Origin: Vitrella brassicaformis CCMP3155
Lineage: Eukaryota; Protista; Chromerida
Assembly (NCBI GenBank): GCA_001179505.1
Contig: CDMY01000482.1
Location: 1-64,000, forward strand
Length of the DNA: 64,000 bases
Reading direction: 5' to 3'
Shown here: piece after piece, positions 1-10,851 of the stretch
Numbering within the stretch: the first letter of the stretch is position 1
How the letters are laid out: each line of letters starts with the position of its first letter
The notes under the pieces: generated by a model
Seen by the model: only the letters and a program-made list of their open reading frames with translations
What the model was told of the DNA's origin: nothing
Databases searched by the model: none
Program-made: the position numbers and the translations under genes

Positions 1-931
1 AAGGCACACACACAGATCTTTCACTTGCGCATGCATCCCCGCTCTCATCGCCATCTGTACCGGGTGTGGGCGTCCGAAGCATCCCTTGGCCCCCTCCTCC
101 CACTTGTGCACCCTCTCGAGCAGGTCGCGGGCATCCTTCAACGCTATAAACGCGCTGCCGTCACCGCCCTTATCGGGGTGTTTGTAGTCGCCGGACTGCA
201 CACACAGCCAGCACATTCAGCCAGCCACCAGCTCTCACGCCCGCCCCCAGTGCACGTGTGGACGTACCAGCGCCTTTTTCTTGTAAGCCTTCTTGGCCTC
301 CTCCCACTCCGTGAACCACTTGACGCCCAGCGTCTCGCTGGCGGCCTGGGCGCCACTGAGGTCTCCTGGGCCTTCAGCTCCTCCCGCATCTTCTGGGCCC
401 GCTCCTCCTGCGCCCTCTCGAACTTCCGGAGCTCCTCCCGCGTCTCCGCAATCGCGGCCTCTTGGGCCGTCAGCTTCTCGTGCAGCTCCTGGCACGTGGC
501 CCGACGCGCCTTGCGCTCCTTGGCTCGCTGCAAGCCAGATAGACACCCAGGGAGAGAACAGGGAGAGAAGGCACACACACAGATCTTTCACTTGCGCATG
601 CATCCCCGCTCTCATCGCCATACGTACCGGGTGTGGGCGTCCGAAGCATCCCCTGGCCCTCTCTGTGGTGCACCCGCTCCAGCAGGTCGCGGGCATCCTT
701 CAACGCTATGAAGGCGCTGCCGTCACCGCCCTTGTCGGGATGCTTGCAGTCGCCGGACTGCACACACAGCCAGCACATTCAGCCAGCCACCAGGTCTCAC
801 GCCCGCCCCCATTGCACATGTGGACGTACCAGCGACTTTTTCTTGTAAGCCTTCTTGGCCTCCTCCCACTCCGTGAACCACTTGACGCCAAGCTTCTCGC
901 TAGCGGCCTTCGTGCCGCTGAAGTCTCCTGG
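1..931. repeat. Tandem segmental duplication, period about 562-567 bp (1-370 matches 568-931), introns included
   Basis: AAGGCACACACACAGATCTTTCACTTGCGCATGCATCCCCGCTCTCATCGCCAT starts at 1 and at 568. Homology continues through the J-domain exons with scattered substitutions and a 5-nt indel. Confidence 0.95.
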
Positions 932-961
932 CTCGAGCTGCGGGTTGCTGCAGTTTCCCAT
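1..961 (-). CDS. Tandem J-domain (DnaJ/Hsp40-type) protein, 3' end runs off the window; exons 961-830, 757-628, 527-268, 195-61
   Basis: Manual splicing with GT/AG and matching phases gives MGNCSNPQ...LGVKWFTEWEEAKKAYKKKSL|SGDCKHPDKGGDGSAFIALKDARDLL, then a second copy ...KAYKKKAL|SGDYKHPDKGGDGSAFIALKDARDLL. The HPD motif and helix II/III pattern of J-domains appear twice. Confidence 0.75.
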
Positions 962-1651
962 GATGTTTTTTCGGCAAAGAGAGCGGACGCTCAGCCTCTC
1001 TCCCCGCCTCCCATCACTCACCCGCCCGCCCGCCCGTATTAGCTGATCCCGAAGCTGCAAGAAGAGCCGCAGCGATGGGGTAGCGGCCAGAGGCAGGCTT
1101 AGGCTCTTCAGGCAACAGCGATTGGATGAAGGAAATTGTGCGGCGCTGAATTGCTGTCGAAATACGGGGCGAAATCGCGTCGGGAAAAAAGTGCCGTCTC
1201 CGTCTCGATGAATTCTCGCCAACGTCGAGTATTGCGTTCGTGCGTGTGTTGCCGCAGTGTTGATTTCGACAGTCCATGCGTGCCGCCGTACGACTCGGGA
1301 TGGGACAGCGAATGACATTGTCCGCCTGGCAAACAAGACAACGGTTAGATGTCGGCGCGTACGAGAGAAGGTTGCGGGAATTGACTGTGTGGGCCGTGCG
1401 GGTGCCTAGTAGGGGTGTGGTGGTGCGGTGTGGTGTGGGTGTACATATGCCATGCTGTAGCGACTCGAGTGTGGTGGTGGCGGTGGTGGCGGTCGAACGA
1501 ACATGCATTAAAATCAGAGAGAGACACCTGTCGAATTCCTGCACGTCTAGCTATCTGTCTGTACGAGAGAGAGAGAGAAGCCAATTGAGTGACTGGCCAA
1601 GGGCCGCAGGAACATTCATTCACACAAGCTGCACACTGTCTGGTCTGTGGC

Positions 1652-3286
1652 TTAGCCCGCCCCGTTCTCCTCGACGACCATGTTGTCGTCATCGTCATCC
1701 TGCTGCTCCTGCTGCTGCTCCTGCTCCATGGACTGCCCGTTCTCTTGTGCGGTGGGAGGCGGAGGGGGGTTAGGTGGCGCTGGGGGCTGGCCGATGGGCA
1801 CGTCAGAGCGTTCGGGGAGCTCCACCTGGTCCAGCAGCTCCTGGGGGATGGGACCACCTTCCTTGAGCAGCTGGACAAAAACAAGGAGGGTACGTATGAG
1901 AAGGGAGGGCTTCGGACTCCAATCAATCAATCGACAGTCAGTCATCTCACCTTTTCTAATCGGGTGACGTCTTCTATCGACGTGGACTTGGCGATCAGGA
2001 TCTGCAGCATAACAGCAAGGGCAGCGAGACGCAGGGTGGGTGAGGTGACCGACACACCTCCCGACTGACTGCTCATGTGCTCTCACCTTGATCTTTTCGA
2101 TGTCCTCTCTCGTCGGCTCGACGGCCATGACGGCCTCCGCCATGGGCTGCTCCTCACCGCCCTTGACAATCTGACGCGGGGCAGCTGAACCAAAGAATCA
2201 ACGAACGGCAGACACCACACGCAAGCCGAAGGCCGTTGGTGCCCATCCGTCCCCCCTCTTCATTTGTCTCTCTCCCGTAGCTGACTGACCGATGGTCTCC
2301 TTGAGCTGGGCTCCCTTTTCGCCGGCGAATGTCTCCTTGGCATCGGCCCTCTCTTTGTCCTTGATGCGGTGGAAGTCCAGGTAGCGCAGCGAAGGGATGT
2401 GGTGAATCACATACAGACGGTAATACGGACGACTGCACACACACACCAACACGCATCGCAGACATACATACGAGGAAGGGATTGGCTGCGTCCGTCGTGG
2501 CTGGGGCGTGTGGGGCCTACAGTGTGACGGGGTTGCCCATGAGACTCAGCCTCTCCAGGTTCTTGGCTGCACACCACATAACCACAACACACACCGATAT
2601 CAACCAAGGCGTGTCGGTGTTTTGTCCGCCCGTATGTGTCGAGCTCGAGCCCACCGACCGACCCTTTGTGAGGGGCTGCAGGTCGCACAGCAGCTCCAGC
2701 TTGTTGTTTGTGAGGATCAGTGACGTCAGGCTCGGCAGGGAGTCCATCGTGTCGTCAGCTATCCTGCTGATGTAGTTGTTGTTCAGCAACTGACACACAC
2801 ACAGAGGGAAGGACAAATGCAGCCGGCCGGCGGGCTGCCCGTCCTCGCCAGCCATCAGAGGGTGAATCAGGACTGACCAGGCTCCTCAGCCGCTTGAGGG
2901 GCGGCAGATTGCCCAGCTTGATGATGTCGTTGTCACTCAGGTCGATGCAGTCATAGTGATCCTGCACACAAGACGACCAGAGAACAACAAAACAGACCTC
3001 ACAAGCCATGCATATGGTGCTGCTGTGCTCACGTTGGTTGCGCCGAGGTTCTCAATTGCTGGGATCTTGAACCCTGCACACTCGCACACACACACAGACG
3101 ATGCAGAGGTCACGCGTGCATGGAAAGGTCGGCCTCAAGTCTTGCTCTTGTCTGTCTGATGTGGCTCATGCAGCCATCGTCTGCAAGGCAGACCGACCGC
3201 CGCTCACCCCGCAGAGCGATCATCCGGTCCTTGACAGGGCTGACGCACTGGTCTGCCTGGCCTATCAGATCTATCGTTATCCTCAT
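1652..3286 (-). CDS. SNRPA1: U2 snRNP protein A' (LRR), multi-exon
   Basis: Exons read MRITIDLIGQADQCVSPVKDRMIALR, KIPAIENLGAT, DHYDCIDLSDNDIIKLGNLPPLKRLRSL, LLNNNYISRI, LILTNNKL, NLERLSLMGNPV and YRLYVIHHIPSLRYLDFHRIKDKER, which are characteristic U2A' LRRs and LRR cap. Confidence 0.95.
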
Positions 3287-3392
3287 CTTGCGACGCTTCG
3301 TGCTCGACTGCAAGCTCACAGCCTAGGGCACTACATGAAACGGGTCGTCCAAGCTAGGGGCGCGGCCGAGTGGGAGTGCCAACGGCGACGAG

Positions 3393-5662
3393 ATGACGGA
3401 CAACCGACCACCCGCCGGCCGACTGCTGGGCCACCATTTCGGCCTCCGCTCCTTCACGCAGGCGCACACCGTCCCTGTGGTCTTCAGGCTGGTGGCTTCC
3501 CCGGAGGATGTCAAGGATGGCGAGTCAGGTACGAGGGTAGGGAGGGCTGGCGGAGAACGAAAAGAGTCAGATCTATGCCGAGTGATGGGATGTGTGCGTC
3601 TTGTGAATATATCAGTATCGTTGCTGGTCGGTGGCAAGACTCATCGCATGGCCCGTCCGTCGCCCACATGTGACGCCTGGCGCGTCTGTGTGGCCATCCC
3701 GCCGGGCGACCATCAGTATCAGTACGTCGTGACCGACCCCGATGGCATCGGCACGCGCCACGAGCACATGAAGGAGGTCGACGGCGGACGCTCCGCCCGC
3801 CGCATGCAGCGATCCGCCGAGCACACCATCCCCAGCCACCACTCGGCCATCCTGCTCATCGTCACGGACACGGTCGATCGCTTCATGTACGCTCATAGTC
3901 ACTGTGGGGGCTTCATGGGCGACTGGACCTCCGTGATGCCATCGGAGCAGGTGCGCAACGTGAAGACATGGGAGCTGGATTTGCGTGCATCGTCTGCTTG
4001 TGCGATGTGCAGGAGTTTGAGGGTTCCTTCACCCCGTCGGCCCTCTTCGGCAGCTCCCAGCCCCCGCCGCCATTCACAGCCTTGCCAGACCCAGACGCCC
4101 TCCCGGCATCGCTCCCCAATACGGCCACCATCTACACAAACATCCGCAAGGCCGTCACGCTGCAATTCGGTGCTGGTGCGTGCCATCTGACGAAGCGGCT
4201 GGCCATCGGCATTGCGTGCGGCACAATCAGTGAAGGTGCGGCGCGCAGTCTCATCGAGCAGGGGGCCAACATCAAGGGCGGCATCCAGGAGTGGCATGGG
4301 GGCGACATCAGCCTGGTGCAACTGGTGGTCGCATACCATTACGGCTCATCGGCTGGCAACCTGCTCCGGGCACTTCTCGACGCCGGGGCGCCGATCGACG
4401 GGAGCACCGATGACGCGAAGCATAGGAGTTTGCTGATTGCAATCAGTCGAAGGCGGTGGGCGCTGCTGGAGATCCTGCTCAAGCCGCAATACAAGGCGGC
4501 CGTCAACGGCATGCAGCTGCTGTCGGAGCTGGGCGTAGAGGGCAAAGAGGAGAAGGGCCTGTCGCCGGCTGCCCACCTGCACATCGTCAAGAAGATCGCC
4601 GAGCTCGACCCCTCTGTCCTCACAGAAGTGGACGGCAACGGCAAGCAGCCCATCCACCGCTACTGCCAGCGCCCCCTCACCAGCGCCAAGTACCAGCAGC
4701 AGCTCATCGACTACTTTGTCGAGGTGTGCGGGCGCGACATCGTCAACGCAACAGACAGTGACGGCAGGGGGCCGCTGTGGGACGCCTATTTCTCGACGCA
4801 CCTCAGCCGCACAAAGACCATCCAACGCCTGTACCACTTCGGTGCAGCAGGGCACATCAACACGCCCAACAGGAGCGGGCGCACTCTGCTGTGGGACCTG
4901 GCGCGGGAGATGACTCACGACGACGAATACGAGCCTTCGGATGTGCGGGTCGAGCCTGATCTGCTGGACTTGCTCACGCACGGTGCCTCGCTGACGGCTG
5001 CCGGCGTGACCCCACAGAGGGCTATCAGAGAGGCCAAGGATGAGGAGTATGAGAGGGAGCACGGCCGCCGCGGCGAGAGGATGAGGGACTACGACGGCTG
5101 GTACAGCGACTCTGAGGACGACTATTGGGACGAGGCAGACTGGCCCCTTAGGAGGATCGTGAAGGCATACGGCACACTGCTGAACCGCAAGATCCCTCGC
5201 CGGGCCATCCGGGCCATCAACACCGCTCTGCAGCCCAGCCGCTCCATCACGGCCTCGCTAGCCCGACCCATCCGCATCAGCGAGACGACACACGTCGCTC
5301 TCCCTCCCGAGATCCAGACGACGATCGCCTCCCTGCTGACCCCCTCCCCCTCCCTCTCCATCGGGGAGAACCCAGTCGGCACACGCATCAACCACGCCAT
5401 GCAGCGGTACGTGACGGCCGCCAGCCGCACTATCTTCCAGCAGGGCAACGTCCATGTGCTGCGGGGTGTGGCGGGAGCGCCGGGGCAGCCGCCCCAGCCA
5501 CCACTGCGCCCCTTCGTCACTGGGGCAGACCGCCGGATGGGCATCTGCGAGGTGATCTTTCGAGCGGTGCGATCCGAGGCGCAGCGGTGGGGCATCAAGC
5601 TGACACTCAAGCACGAGATGGGCAATGACGAGAGCATCCTCAACACCATGCGGGTGGCGTGA
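3393..5662 (+). CDS. Ankyrin-like repeat family protein, copy A (CBM-like N-terminus, degenerate ANK repeats, F-box-like motif); join(3393..3528,3616..3950,4013..5662), 706 aa
   Basis: Exon lengths sum to 2121 nt (3n) with GT/AG and matching phases. ANK-like segments are RALLDAGAPID, GNGKQPIH, DSDGRGPLW and NRSGRTLLW; LPPEIQTTIASLL lies near the C-terminus. Paralogs occur at 42.5, 43.6 and 57.2 kb. Confidence 0.85.
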
Positions 5663-5931
5663 CGTAGTGGCTGTTCGAGAAGGAGCGGGACATCGGATTA
5701 GCATATGGGGGGAGGGCTACGGTAGAGGGAGAGGAGGGAGCGGGGCAGTGAAGTAGCAGATGGGACCCAGGCGATGGGTCGATGGCTGCTGCTCACTCAG
5801 CCAGTGATGGTAGCGAGGCGTCCCGTGAGCCGGACACACTTAGACAGCTGACAGGACGGACATATCAGAACTTTGCAGCTTCGTCGTGCCGTGCCATGTC
5901 GTGCAGTCAACGGCACCTTCTCCGGTAGACA

Positions 5932-5978
5932 GCCCATTTATAGGTGAAGACTTCGATATGAACGCCCATTTATAGGTG
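5932..5978. repeat. 15-bp direct repeat GCCCATTTATAGGTG x2 downstream of ankyrin copy A
   Basis: Copies at 5932-5946 and 5964-5978. It shares TATAGGTG with the palindrome in the 3' flank of copies B and C. Confidence 0.85.
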
Positions 5979-6020
5979 CTGACTGATGCAATCAATTCAT
6001 CCATCCAGTCGCCCTCTCTT

Positions 6021-7605
6021 TCACTCTGTCGGTGGCTTTGGTCTGCCCTCCCTCTGCCTCACCCACCTTTCCACATCCATCGACGGGTCAAACCCACCCA
6101 AAGGAGACGCCACCACTGCCCAATCAGGCGTCCGCCGCCAGTACACCTCAGGACAGCACGACACACTCTCTACTACACCACCCCCACTACCCTCACCCCG
6201 GCCCCCCATGAGGTCATGGAACCTCTCAAAGTCTATCCATGTATGCCACTCCCCCGTCACATCGTCCCGCAATCGGTGGCTGGCGATCAGCACCGAGTTG
6301 GAGTGGGCATGCTCACACGCCAATGAGTAGGATGCGGCCGCCGACACCGCACCCGCATGACCAGCTTCTGCTCCATCACCACTCGGTTCGTTGCTCAGGG
6401 CCTCGACGAGCTGCTGGGCGAATGCCTTGGTTTCCCACTGCTGCGGCACATTCGTCATCCGCAGCTGCATTTGCCTCGACGCGCCAGGGAAGGTCATGCC
6501 TTTCACCTCAACCAAGTCGGGCCGGCCGCGATGAATCAAATCAGCATAGCCCTGCACCTCGGTGTCGTTCCACTCCTTGACGACGGTCAGCCGAAACACT
6601 GTCCTCTCCCGCCGCTCTCGAAGCGCGTCAACCGAGTCGAGCAGACGGCCCCACGCATCCTTGAACAAAGGCCGGTCTATCTTCACGAGGGCGTCCTCTG
6701 ACGGGGCATCGACCGATAGATAGAGCTGCGTGACGGGCGACAGGGTGCGAATCAGCTCGGGATGCTGGCCGTTGGTCACGAGAAAGGTCGAGATGCGGCG
6801 CTCGTGGAGCATGGCGGTGAGCTGGTTGATGTGGGGGTACATGATTGGCTCGCCGACCAAAGACAGGGCGCAATGCTGAGGGCTCAGGGCCTCTTGTAGC
6901 CGCTCTGGTGTGACGCCCGGCGCAGAGGCCATTTGCTGGACCATCCTCTTGTGTGCCGCAACAGCATGCTCGATGATCATCTCTGGCGGATCAGCAGTCC
7001 ACCGGAAGCCTTTGCTCACGGGGTGGGTGTGGTGGCGCCTGACGTCAGCAACGCAGTAGCACAGAATACACAGCACAGCATCCCACAATGAATGCAAGAG
7101 ATCCGGTCAGGTCGGCTCACCAGCAGAAGACACATCGATTCGCACACGCGAGGGATGTGGTGGTCTCCATGCACCTGGTGAACAAGGAGCTGCAGAGAAA
7201 TGATTCATACCTTCTACCTACCGCACCTGTGCGACTCGATGCCGTAGAAGGTGTGCTTATAGCATCCGCCCCGCCCTTTCATTTGGCTCTTTGTCCACCG
7301 ACACATCTATGTCACCACACAAGAACACACACACACACACACTGCAGTCAGTAGTGTGTCATTCATATCGCCCCGGCGCAGCCGACCTTGACGGCGCTGT
7401 GAGTGCCGACCAGCTGATAGCCCTGCTGAGAGAGATTCTGCCTCAGCAACGGGTTGAGCATCTCAGGCCGCTGGTTCCCTGCAGATGGCGATGAGCCGTA
7501 TCCTTCATTCGCCTTGAGCGAAGCTGTGATGCTGAAGCGCCTTGATGATTGGAGAAAGATCTTTCCAGATCTCAACCTGCATGGGGTGGGATGTGCGACC
7601 TTCAT
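6021..7605 (-). CDS. TYW1: tRNA wybutosine/wyosine synthesis radical SAM enzyme TYW1 (no flavodoxin domain seen); exons 7605-7387, 7306-7227, 7174-7121, 7038-6021, 456 aa
   Basis: QGYQLVGTHSAVK|MCRWTKSQMKGRGGCYKHTFYGIESHRCMETTTSLACANRCVFCWRHH (CxxxCxxC), CALSLVGEPIMYP, STFLVTNG, TQLYLSVDAP, RTVFRLTVVK, ACEHAHS, WHTWIDFERF. Exons sum to 1371 nt (3n). Start codon is less certain. Confidence 0.93.
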
Positions 7606-8097
7606 CCTTGCGACCTTCGTCCCTGTCGTGCTTTAGTCCAACTCCCCGCAGCGATTTCACGAAACGCGAGCTGGGAGGCGATTCCGTGCCGGCTTTCGCC
7701 TGTTCTCTGGGGCTGTCTGCCGCCGTGTGCGTCTACTCGAAGCGTCCCTACAAGGTGGCAGCGTCTTGCAGAAATCCCATGAGTCCTTGTCCAGATCGAA
7801 GAGGAGAGTGTGTTCATGAGCCGTGAGGACAAACGCCGGGCAAGAAGTGTCCTCTCGCTTCATTCACAGGCAGGCTATGCTCCCACCCCACACAACAAAC
7901 AGAAACACGCAGGCAGCTGCACACCGCTCAACACCCATACGCCGCACACTCCACCCATACGCCCAGCAAGTGTTGGGAACAGTGAGGATACATGAGGACT
8001 ACAGAGAGAGCCCCACCACAGCCGCCTTATCTGAAGACGGCCCGGCCCGCCCACTACATCAATCACACAACGACACGTGGGACACCAGCATGCCTGA

Positions 8098-10670
8098 CTA
8101 GGCCACCTGCAGCTGCTTCTGCGATGGGGTGCCAGTGGGCTGCTGGTCCCTCGCCATCTCAGTGCTGTCATTCGGCTCTCCATTTGGCGCTCCCGCGCCG
8201 TCATTTGACAACATGGCCTCGTCCCATTCCATCCGCCTCCGAATGCGGCCAAACATGAAGTGCTGAAACAGACAAAGCCAGACACACACATGACAATTAA
8301 TAGCATGTTGACACTGCCGTCTAATCTGTAGTGTGTGTACCTCAGTGCTCCATCCCTCCCGCTGCAGGCAGCTCAGGAGTGTGGGGAAAGTCTTGTCGGC
8401 CACAGATTGCGCCAGCTTGATCAGGGGCAGCAGCGCCTTGACAGAGTGGGTCGACTGCCGCATTCGGGCACACTCGATGCGCCAGGCAATCGGGCGGGGC
8501 AGCAGCTGCTGCCACAGGGCCGGCGGCTGTGGGCTTGGGCTTGACGTGCTGCTGAGGAAGGCCTGGAGGTACTGGCGGGCGAGCAGGCTCTTCAAAATGT
8601 CCATTCCCTTCGCCTGTGTGTGCAGCACCACCGTCGCCTCGCTCGGCTCGGGCAGCAGCAGGTACTTCTCATCACGGAAGATCCGCACAAGGGATCGCAG
8701 CTCGTCAGGTGTGACGCAGCTCTGCCTGATGGTCTTGAACAGGTGGGGGCCGCCTCGTGCAGGCATCACCACGCGCTCGGTGCAAGCGACGTGCTGCGGG
8801 GTGGGGATGGCCAGTTGGTCGGTGGCCAGAGAAGTGGCCGAGGCGATGGTCAGCGCCGAGGAGAGCTTGTTGGTGGGGCCGCGGTCGAACCCCCGCTCGT
8901 TGAAAGACTCCACGGCAGCTGTGGCGTCGCTGCTGGTGCTGTTGGTGGTCTCGGTGGGTGACGATGCCCCACTCATGTTGTCAGGGATGAGTGGCGGGAC
9001 GGCCGCGAGTGTCTCGTCCACAAACTGTGAGATGACCATGTTGGCCCGCTCATGGTTGAGCCACCGAAACACCACACTGCGGATCTCCCGATAGATGGCG
9101 TACATGTCGATAGTCGACAGGATGATGTAGGCCAGGCCGATGGAGGCCTGCCCCGTGCCGATCATGCGCGACAGAGTGATGCCGAAGCACATCCCCAGGA
9201 GGTCCACGACGGCCACCTGGGCCTCGCCCTTGGCCGTGATGTCGCCGATGTTGCGGCTGCCGCCGGCGAACGAACTGTAGACGGCGTTGCGCGTGGCCGA
9301 CGACGTGAGCAGCGACATCTGCTTCATCGTGTTGGCCAGCGTGGCGAGCAGCAGGAATGACGTCGGGAACACGTACGTCGTCACCTCCAGACCGTTGCCC
9401 ATGGCGTACAGCAGCGAGCTCCGAAACCGCCACCGCTTCGCGTCCACATCGAAGGACCGGCCCATCTTGGACGCCCACAGGAAGCGCCCGATCTTGCCGA
9501 GGGCGTCCTTGAGCACCCACGAGACGGCAGCCGCCTGCCCGAGCCGCCTGGCCTTGATGCCGAGAGCCAGCAACAAGGCCTGTGTGCCGAAGACGTTGGC
9601 CGTTGCCGACACCAGCCGCTGGAAGGCTCGCCACCTGGTGTAGCCGTAGTAGTCGGGCGTGACGTTGTCGGGGACGAAGGCGCTCTTGAGGGTGTCCTTG
9701 ATCTTCCGCGGGATGTGCTTGGCGAGCGGCAGGTGCTCGCCATCGACCGACTGGGCGACCGATGAGATGAAGAATCGCTTGGTGTCCTGGTCCCAGATGA
9801 TGCGCCGCCTCCCTGACCCGCTCGACTCGTAGATGGCGTCGGAGTCTACCGGGTCCCTGCCCAGCAGGTTGCAGGCCAGGTTGGTCAGGTGGTGGGAGGG
9901 GAGGGCGTCGGGGACCTCATCGGGCTCACCGTTGCCCGTCACGTCACCTGCAAACACGTACAGGCAGCCACCTCAACGATAGATACGATTGCATATTTCT
10001 TCCTGTGGCTCGGCTCACTTTCGCTGAATCCGTCCGCCACGTTGCCAAGGACTTCGAGCTCCTCTGGGGAGAAGTGTGCCGAGAACTTGGCCGTCTCGAA
10101 GCGCACCTTGATAGGCGTCTCTGCCGTCAGGTTGGGGTATTCCAGGACCTTCTCCACCCGCCCCACAAAGCCCTTTGGATTCAGCCCGCATGGCTGGAAC
10201 TCCCGTTTGTGAAAAAAGCGCACGTGGCTGGCCGTCACGCGCACGATGTCGCCCACACGAGGGCATGGGGCCGGTGGCTCGGGGTCGCTGGGCACATCTG
10301 CGTCTGCGGCCGTGTCCTCGGCGGTCTGTGTGAGCTTCGTGAGCTGTGATGACGCCGCTGAAAAAGCGACCAGTCTGCTGCTTGACAGTCTGCTGCTTGA
10401 GCCAGATCGCCATGGAATGACCTGAACACGACATCAACTCAACACACAGTACAGGAGATGAGTGGCTGTCTGTGCGTGGCTGTGTGCATGATCTGCCTCG
10501 CTAACCGCTTTGGATCTGAGATCTTTGGTGAGTCTTGATGGGAGGAACTCGGGGCGGCTGGAGAGGCTCTGAAAGGCGCTGCAGAGGCGGAAGCAGATGT
10601 AGGTGAGCAGCAGGGATGGACCGCAGACACGCTGTGCCGTCGGAAACCTTCTCCGACGCCTCCGAGCCAT
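8098..10670 (-). CDS. Plastid-targeted fusion: FTR variable-chain (FeThRed_A)-like domain + RUS/DUF647 (root UVB sensitive) domain; exons 10670-10506, 10421-10019, 9947-8341, 8262-8098, 779 aa
   Basis: The leader has a hydrophobic stretch ending CSAF followed by an S/R-rich transit-like region. Next is VGDIVRVTASHVRFFH...GFVGRVEKVL...TAETPIKVRFETAKFSAHFSPEELEVL, then DUF647 (FVPDNVTPDYYGYTRW, SWVLKDALGKIG, DVDAKRWRF). All four exons are phase-compatible (2340 nt). Confidence 0.85.
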
Positions 10671-10851
10671 CGTCGCTCTCAAAATGGCAACTGCAGAGGG
10701 CCCAGGCAGCTACGTGCACGCGCGAACTCCCACTGCAGCCGCCTTCACTTCAAGATCGCTACTGCAGTAAGCTCGCAGACCTCGGGATCTTCGCGTGCTC
10801 CCTGAAACCGCTGCTGCTCGGGATCTTCGCGTTTCCCTTGGGCTCTTTGCC

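Noticed and set aside
4346-5062. Long antisense ORFs (also 11251-12084, 44302-44778, 58023-58676 and others)
   Set aside because: Shadow ORFs opposite GC3-rich genes, with no domain features.
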